The position numbers were made by a program, and so were the translations under genes. The notes under the pieces are model-generated. The model did no database searches. It saw only the letters and a list, made by a program, of their open reading frames with translations, and was not told where the DNA came from. A stretch of DNA of 24,000 nucleotides, taken from Chloroflexota bacterium. GTDB taxonomy: Bacteria > Chloroflexota > Dehalococcoidia > Dehalococcoidales > RBG-16-60-22. Each line of letters starts with the position of its first letter. The stretch's first letter is position 1. Shown here piece by piece: positions 18,700-24,000 of the stretch. Location of the stretch: the NCBI GenBank assembly GCA_043818415.1, contig JBDRFW010000163.1, forward strand, positions 12,878 through 36,877, written 5' to 3'.

Positions 18700-19248
18700 A
18701 TGGCCAGACTGAAAGAGAAATACCGGAAGGAAGCGGTGCCCCGCCTGATGGAGATTTGCGGCTACAAGAACGTGATGCAGGTGCCGCGCCTGGAGAAGAT
18801 AGTGCTCAACATCGGGCTGGGGGAGGCCATCACCAACGCCAAGGCGCTGGAAGCGGCGGAGGCCGACCTGGTGGCCATATCCGGGCAGCACCCGGTGACC
18901 ACCCGCGCCAAGAAATCAATCGCCGCTTTCCGGCTGAGAGAGGGGATGCCCATCGGTCTCAAGGTGACCCTGCGCGGCCAGCGCATGTGGGACTTCTTCG
19001 ATAAGCTGGTCAACGCGGTGCTCCCCCGCATGCACGAGTTCCAGGGGGTCTCCCCGGACGCCTTCGACGGGCGGGGCAACTACACGCTGGGACTCAAGGA
19101 GCAGATACTTTTCCCCGAGATAGACTACGACAAGATTGACAAAGTACGCGGCATGGAGATATGCATTGTCACCAACGCCACCACGGACGAGGACGGCCGG
19201 CACCTGCTGGAGCTGCTGGGAATGCCGTTCGCCAAGGATGGAGCATAG
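18700..19248 (+). CDS. rplE: 50S ribosomal protein L5
   Basis: [44 protein letters not shown] and RG.....G..EQ..FPEI.YD. Confidence 0.98.
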   Translation: MARLKEKYRKEAVPRLMEICGYKNVMQVPRLEKIVLNIGLGEAITNAKALEAAEADLVAISGQHPVTTRAKKSIAAFRLREGMPIGLKVTLRGQRMWDFFDKLVNAVLPRMHEFQGVSPDAFDGRGNYTLGLKEQILFPEIDYDKIDKVRGMEICIVTNATTDEDGRHLLELLGMPFAKDGA

Positions 19249-19249
19249 C

Positions 19250-19435
19250 ATGGCCAAAAAATCGAAGATAGCCAAGTCCAAGCGCACCCCGAAGTATCCG
19301 GCGCGGCAGCATAACCGCTGCCGGCTGTGCGGGCGGCCCCGTGCCTTTATCCGCAAGTTCGGCGTGTGCCGGATATGTTTCCGCAAGCTGGCCCTCGAGG
19401 CGCAGCTACCGGGAGTGAAAAAATCCAGCTGGTAA
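19250..19435 (+). CDS. rpsN: 30S ribosomal protein S14, short zinc-binding type Z
   Basis: The 61-aa sequence [16 protein letters not shown]...[22 protein letters not shown]...LPGVKKSSW carries a 4-Cys ribbon. The ORF-track start at 19136 lies inside rplE and was rejected. Confidence 0.95.
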   Translation: MAKKSKIAKSKRTPKYPARQHNRCRLCGRPRAFIRKFGVCRICFRKLALEAQLPGVKKSSW

Positions 19436-19457
19436 GCTGAAGAAGGAAAAGGTTGAG

Positions 19458-19856
19458 ATGAGTGTCACCGACCCGATTGCCGATATGCTGACGAGAATCC
19501 GCAACGCCATCATGGTGAGTCATGACAGCGTGCTGGTACCGGCCTCCAAGATAAAGCTCTCCATCGCCCGCATCCTCAAAGAGGAGGGCTTCATCACCGA
19601 CTACGAGGTGGTGCGGGGTAAGCCGCACCGGTCCATCAAGATTCTCCTGAGGTACTTCGACGACAGCAAGCCGGCCATCTCGGGGCTGAAGCGCGTCAGC
19701 AAGCCGGGACTGAGGGTCTACGTGCAGAAGAAGGAAATCCCGCGCGTGTACGGCGGCCTCGGCATCGCCATCGTTTCCACGCCCCAGGGCGTCAGGACGG
19801 GACGACAGGCCTGGCGGCAGGGGGCCGGCGGCGAGCTGCTGTGCTACGTTTGGTAA
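19458..19856 (+). CDS. rpsH: 30S ribosomal protein S8
   Basis: [21 protein letters not shown] and a C-terminal GGELLCYVW. Confidence 0.98.
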   Translation: MSVTDPIADMLTRIRNAIMVSHDSVLVPASKIKLSIARILKEEGFITDYEVVRGKPHRSIKILLRYFDDSKPAISGLKRVSKPGLRVYVQKKEIPRVYGGLGIAIVSTPQGVRTGRQAWRQGAGGELLCYVW

Positions 19857-19872
19857 TAACCCGGAGTGAGAT

Positions 19873-20421
19873 ATGTCCAGAATAGGTAAAATGCCGATTA
19901 AAGTACCGTCCGGGGTGACGGTGAATATCAGGGGGCAGAACGTGAAGGTGAAGGGCCCCAAAGGAGAGCTCAGCCGTTCCCTCCCCGCCGAAATGCTCGT
20001 CAAGCTGGAAGGCGATATCCTGACAGTCAGCCGCCCCAGCGACAACCAGAAGCACCGCGCCTACCACGGGCTGACGCGGAGCCTGCTGGCCAACATGGTG
20101 GACGGCGTGTCCAAAGGCTTCGAGAAAACGCTGGAAATCGTGGGGGTGGGCTTCCGCGCCGAAAAATCCGGCGAGAAGCTGATGCTCCGCATGGGTTTCT
20201 CCCACATCGTGGAGGTGAAACCCCTGCCGGGTATCACCCTGAACGTGGAAGGCAACAACCGCATCAAGGTCAGCGGCATCAACCGGGAGGACGTCGGCCA
20301 GATGGCCGCTCAAATCAAGGCCATCCGCCCGCCCGATGCCTACAAGGGCAAGGGCATCCGGTACGCCGGAGAGATAGTCCACCTTAAACCGGGCAAGGCC
20401 GGTAAGGTGGTGGGGAAGTAA
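19873..20421 (+). CDS. rplF: 50S ribosomal protein L6
   Basis: [27 protein letters not shown] and [17 protein letters not shown]. Confidence 0.98.
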   Translation: MSRIGKMPIKVPSGVTVNIRGQNVKVKGPKGELSRSLPAEMLVKLEGDILTVSRPSDNQKHRAYHGLTRSLLANMVDGVSKGFEKTLEIVGVGFRAEKSGEKLMLRMGFSHIVEVKPLPGITLNVEGNNRIKVSGINREDVGQMAAQIKAIRPPDAYKGKGIRYAGEIVHLKPGKAGKVVGK

Positions 20422-20425
20422 TAAG

Positions 20426-20790
20426 ATGAAGAAGTCTGATACCAGGGAAGCGCGCCTCCGCCGGCACCGCCGGGTCAGGGAGAAGCTGAGCGGCACCGGT
20501 GACCGGCCCCGCCTCTGCATCTTCCGCAGCCTGAACCACATCTATGCCCAGGTAATCGACGACGTCAAGGGGCAGACCCTGACCACCGCTTCCACCCTCG
20601 ATGACGAGATAAGGAACGATTCCAAGGGCAAGACGAAGACGGGCCGCGCCGAGATGGTGGGGGAGCTGCTGTCCAGGCGCGCCAAGGAAAGAAAATAGAG
20701 CAGGTAGCCTTCGACCGCGGCGGCTTCCAGTACCATGGTCGGGTTAAAGCGCTGGCGGAAGCCGCCCGCAAGGGTGGCCTCAAGTTCTAA
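20426..20790 (+). CDS. rplR: 50S ribosomal protein L18, reading frame interrupted (-1 shift at ~20693-20697)
   Basis: Frame A (20426-20698) encodes the L18 N-terminal two thirds ([11 protein letters not shown]...[17 protein letters not shown]) and stops at TAG 20696-20698. Frame A-1 from 20695 encodes [31 protein letters not shown] and stops at 20788-20790. That is the universal L18 C-terminus, joined at exactly the expected spacing. Confidence 0.85.
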
Positions 20791-20810
20791 GAGAGGACGA
20801 TGCACGTCAG

Positions 20811-21335
20811 ATGAAGCAGCCATTAAGCAGGATAGACCCGGTAGAGCTGAACCTTAACGATAAGCTCATCGATGTCAACCGCGTCGCCAAGGTGATGAAG
20901 GGTGGCAAGCGCCTCCGCTTCAGCGCCCTGGTGGTCACCGGTGACGGCGAGGGGCACGTCGGGCTGGGCATCGGCAAGGCCAACGAGGTGCCCGCGGCGA
21001 TAAGCAAGGGCGGCGCCCAGGCCCGCAAGAACCTTATCAAGGTCCCGCTGGTGGGGACAACCATCCCCCATGAAATCACCACGAACTTCGGGGCGGCCAC
21101 CGTCCTGCTCAAACCGGCGGCGCCCGGTACGGGCGTCATCGCCGGCGGCAGCATCCGCGCCGTGCTGGAGGCCGCCGGAATCAAAGATATCTTAACAAAA
21201 TCGCTCGGCACCGCCAACCACATCAACGTGGCCAAGGCCACCATGAAGGCCCTCAGCGAGCTGAGAAACCCGCGGGAAGAACTGGCCCGGCGCAGGGCGA
21301 ACATCAGAACCGAGGAGGCCAAGCCAGTTGAGTAA
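20811..21335 (+). CDS. rpsE: 30S ribosomal protein S5
   Basis: [36 protein letters not shown], and the C-terminal domain with GTG.IAGG..R.V.E.AGI.D. Confidence 0.98.
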   Translation: MKQPLSRIDPVELNLNDKLIDVNRVAKVMKGGKRLRFSALVVTGDGEGHVGLGIGKANEVPAAISKGGAQARKNLIKVPLVGTTIPHEITTNFGAATVLLKPAAPGTGVIAGGSIRAVLEAAGIKDILTKSLGTANHINVAKATMKALSELRNPREELARRRANIRTEEAKPVE

Positions 21336-21522
21336 GCTGCGCATTACCTTGGTTAAAAGCGGCATCGGCTACGAGAAGAGCCAGAAGCGGACCTTGGCGG
21401 CGCTGGGTTTTCACCGGCTGAACCAGAGCGTCGTCCACGAGGACAGCAACGCCATCAGGGGCATGATTAACAAGGTGAGACACCTGGTCAAAGTGGAGGA
21501 AGAGATTGGTCAAGCAGAATGA
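21328..21522 (+). CDS. rpmD: 50S ribosomal protein L30
   Basis: L.ITLVKS.IG....Q..TL.ALG, G.I.KV.HLV.V, and about 60 aa. TTG start with a GAGGAGG RBS. Confidence 0.93.
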   Translation: MSKLRITLVKSGIGYEKSQKRTLAALGFHRLNQSVVHEDSNAIRGMINKVRHLVKVEEEIGQAE

Positions 21523-21973
21523 CATATCTCCGGCGCCCGGCTCGCGGCGTGCCCGCAAGAGGGTAGGCCGGGGCAACGGCAGCGGCCACGGCACCTACTC
21601 CGGCCGCGGCTGCAAGGGCCAGAAGTCCCGCGCCGGCTACAAGATGCGGCCCGGCTTCGAGGGCGGGCAGCTGCCGTTAATCAAGCGCCTGCCGCGGAAG
21701 CGCGGTTTCACCAATATCTTCCGCACGGAGTACAGCACCGTCAGCGTCGGGGCGCTGGGGGCCTTCGAGTCCGGCAGCGAGGTGACGCCGGAGACGCTGG
21801 CGGCTGCCGGCATTATCAAGACATTACAGAAACCTGTTAAGATACTGGCCGACGGCGAAATCAAGCACCCGCTGACGGTCAGGGCGCACAAGTTTTCGGC
21901 ATCGGCCAGGGCCAAGATAGAGAAGGCCGGGGGCAAGGCAGAGGAGGTTGAGCATGCGGCAAAGGCCGAGTAG
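21506..21973 (+). CDS. rplO: 50S ribosomal protein L15
   Basis: PAPGSRR.RKRVGRG.GSG.G.....G.KGQK.R.G....GFEGGQ.PL..RLPK.GF. TTG start with a GGAGG RBS 6 nt upstream. Overlaps rpmD. Confidence 0.96.
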   Translation: MVKQNDISPAPGSRRARKRVGRGNGSGHGTYSGRGCKGQKSRAGYKMRPGFEGGQLPLIKRLPRKRGFTNIFRTEYSTVSVGALGAFESGSEVTPETLAAAGIIKTLQKPVKILADGEIKHPLTVRAHKFSASARAKIEKAGGKAEEVEHAAKAE

Positions 21974-23264
21974 ACCCAGGCTGCTGCAGGCCATGCTCGA
22001 TGCCTTCAGCCTGCCAGACCTGCGGCGCCGCATCCTGATTACCATCGGCATCCTGGTAATCTTCCGCTTCATCGCCCACGTGCCGTTGCCCGGGGTGAAC
22101 CTTCAGGCTTTGCAGGACCTCTTCGAGGGCAACGCCCTGCTGGGCATGCTCGACCTGTTCAGCGGCGGCGCCATGAGGCAGTTCAGCGTGGCGGCGATGG
22201 GCGTTTACCCGTACATCACGGCTTCTATCATCATGATACTGCTGGTACCGGCCATCCCGCGGCTGCAGGCCCTCTCGCAGGAGGGGGAATCCGGCCGCAA
22301 CAAGATTAACCTGATTACCCACTGGCTCACCGTGCCGCTGGCCGGGCTCTCCGGCTACGGACAGCTCGTGCTGCTCCAGCGCGCCGGGGCGGTCGCCAGC
22401 GCCAGCCCCCTGCCAACGCTCACCATCGTGATATCGTTAATCGCCGGCACCATCTTCCTGGTCTGGCTGGGTGAGCTCATCACCGAGTACGGCATCGGCA
22501 ACGGCATCTCCATCATCATCTTCGGGGGCATCGTCGCCGGCCTGCCGCAGCTCATCGGCCAGGGCTTCCTGGCCAAGGAAAACTTCTCGGGGCTGTTCGT
22601 TTACCTGGTCATCGTCCTGATTACCGTGGTGCTGATTGTCATCTTCACCGAGGCGCACCGCCGCATCCCGGTACAGTACGCCCGAAGCGTCTTCCGGGGC
22701 GGCCGCATGTACCGGCAGTCCGGCACGACGCATATCCCCATGAGGGTCAACAGCTCCGGCATGATACCGCTCATCTTCGCCATGTCCGTGGTGCTCTTCC
22801 CGGGCATCGTCGCCAGCTACTTCGCCCACCCCGACCAGCCGGGCTTCGCCGATTCGATTGTCCGGTGGTTCAACCCGAGCACCGCCCTGCCGGTGGGCGC
22901 ATTTTACTGGGTTTTTTACTTCCTTTTAGCGGTGGGGTTCACCTTCTTCTACACGATGGTGACCTACCAGCAGCAGGACCTGCCCGGCACGCTGCAGAAA
23001 CAGGGCGGCTTCATCCCCGGGATACGGCCGGGGAAGAACACCTCCACCTATCTCAGCGGCGTCATCAACCGGATTACCTGGGCGGGAGCGCTGTTCCTGG
23101 CCTTCGTGGCGGTGATGCCTTTCCTGGCCAGGACGTTTACCAGCGTCCAGCAGATACAGCTTTCCAGCCTGGGCATGCTCATCGTGGTAGGCGTGGTGCT
23201 GGATACCATGAAACAGCTCGAGGCGCAGCTGGTCATGCGCCGCTATGAAGGATTTATCAAGTAA
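21954..23264 (+). CDS. secY: Preprotein translocase subunit SecY
   Basis: Ten-TM pattern with PDLRRRILITIGIL..FR...HVP.PGV, MGV.PYITASII.QLL, GNG.S.II..GI and VL.DT..Q.E. I prefer the ATG at 21954, 6 nt after GAGGAGG. The ORF track opens at a TTG at 21948. Confidence 0.93.
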   Translation: MRQRPSRPRLLQAMLDAFSLPDLRRRILITIGILVIFRFIAHVPLPGVNLQALQDLFEGNALLGMLDLFSGGAMRQFSVAAMGVYPYITASIIMILLVPAIPRLQALSQEGESGRNKINLITHWLTVPLAGLSGYGQLVLLQRAGAVASASPLPTLTIVISLIAGTIFLVWLGELITEYGIGNGISIIIFGGIVAGLPQLIGQGFLAKENFSGLFVYLVIVLITVVLIVIFTEAHRRIPVQYARSVFRGGRMYRQSGTTHIPMRVNSSGMIPLIFAMSVVLFPGIVASYFAHPDQPGFADSIVRWFNPSTALPVGAFYWVFYFLLAVGFTFFYTMVTYQQQDLPGTLQKQGGFIPGIRPGKNTSTYLSGVINRITWAGALFLAFVAVMPFLARTFTSVQQIQLSSLGMLIVVGVVLDTMKQLEAQLVMRRYEGFIK

Positions 23265-23926
23265 TGTATATTATTATGCTGGGTGCCCCCGGGGCGGGCA
23301 AGGGAACTCAGGCCGTCATGATGGCGGAGAAGCTGAAGCTGGTGCAGGTTGCCTCCGGCGACCTCTTCCGGCAGGCCCTGGCGCAGCAGACTGAGCTGGG
23401 TAAAAAGGCCCAGGGGTACATGGAGAAGGGGCAGCTCGTCCCGGACGAGATAACGATACAGATGGTGCTGGAGAGGCTGGCCAGGCCTGACGTCAAGAAC
23501 GGGGCCATCCTCGACGGGTTTCCCCGGAATATCCAGCAGGCAAAGGCCCTGGACAATGCCCTGGCGGAGCAGGGGAAGAAAATCGATAAGGTGGTCTATA
23601 TCAAGGTATCGGAGGGAGAGTTGTTAAAGAGGTTGGGCGGACGCTGGATTTGCCGCAAATGCCAGGCTCCTTATCATATCGTCGATTCACCGCCGAAAAC
23701 CAAGGGCGTCTGTGACGCCTGCGGCGGCGAGCTTTACCAGCGGGCTGACGATACTGTGGAAACAGCTAAGAAACGCCTCGAGGTCTATTTTAAAGAAACG
23801 GCGCCTCTTATCGACTACTACACCAAAACCGGAAAGCTGGTGGAAGTGGACGGCGAAGGGAAGATTGAGGAGATAAGCCGGAGAATCGTGACGGCATTGA
23901 AATCAAAAACTCCAGCAATAAGATGA
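23264..23926 (+). CDS. adk: Adenylate kinase (4-Cys zinc-lid type)
   Basis: P-loop GAPGAGKGTQ, then GDLFR and DGFPR. The lid reads C130-x2-C133...C150-x2-C153. The start shares one base with the secY stop (TAATG). Confidence 0.97.
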   Translation: MYIIMLGAPGAGKGTQAVMMAEKLKLVQVASGDLFRQALAQQTELGKKAQGYMEKGQLVPDEITIQMVLERLARPDVKNGAILDGFPRNIQQAKALDNALAEQGKKIDKVVYIKVSEGELLKRLGGRWICRKCQAPYHIVDSPPKTKGVCDACGGELYQRADDTVETAKKRLEVYFKETAPLIDYYTKTGKLVEVDGEGKIEEISRRIVTALKSKTPAIR

Positions 23927-24000
23927 GTATTATCATCAAATCTGCCGAGGAAATCGCCTTGATGCGGCAGGCGGGCAGAATCGTCGCAACAATATTGGAA
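23923..24000 (+). CDS. map: Methionine aminopeptidase, type I (3' end lies outside the window)
   Basis: MSIIIKSAEEIALMRQAGRIVATILE is a typical MetAP N-terminus. The gene sits in the conserved position after adk, with an ATGA overlap with the adk stop. Confidence 0.85.
   Translation, partial: MSIIIKSAEEIALMRQAGRIVATILE

Noticed and set aside
19136-19249. An extended 99-aa ORF-track version of the S14 gene that starts inside rplE.
   Set aside because: The first 38 codons are an alternate frame of the conserved rplE 3' end. The ATG at 19250 yields the canonical 61-aa type-Z S14.

Overview
This window is a core housekeeping locus of a high-GC bacterium. The gene order resembles what I recall for Dehalococcoidia/Chloroflexota, but I cannot verify that here.

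Layout:
- Left end: the 3' part of rho (+) and a small orphan ORF (+).
- 1525-9088 (-): an eight-gene aromatic amino-acid operon, aroB-aroD-aroE-aroK-aroA-aroC-pheA-tyrA. It is transcribed in exact pathway order, and most junctions have overlapping stop/start codons.
- 9137-9368: a 232-bp AT-rich divergent control region.
- 9369-24000 (+): a ~14.6-kb uninterrupted ribosomal super-operon, rpsL-rpsG-fusA-rpsJ-rplC-rplD-rplW-rplB-rpsS-rplV-rpsC-rplP-rpmC-rpsQ-rplN-rplX-rplE-rpsN-rpsH-rplF-rplR-rpsE-rpmD-rplO-secY-adk-map (5' part only).

I found no mobile elements, CRISPR arrays, tRNA/rRNA genes, or defence or accessory cargo. I do not see a novel multi-gene system here.

Points worth a second look, most interesting first:
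1. Ribosomal protein S3 is about twice its normal length. The extra ~196 aa form a K/E/P/A-rich C-terminal repeat tail encoded by perfect DNA duplications.
2. The rplR (L18) frame is broken at a short A-run, and the conserved C-terminus continues in the -1 frame.
3. The divergent control region contains a near-consensus promoter, a palindromic -10 region and leader hairpins.
4. EPSP synthase carries a poly-Glu insertion.
5. An orphan 113-aa ORF with its own promoter converges on tyrA with only 2 bp between the stop codons.
6. tuf and all inter-operon leader space are absent from the ribosomal cluster.

The many long antisense ORFs in the track are composition artefacts.
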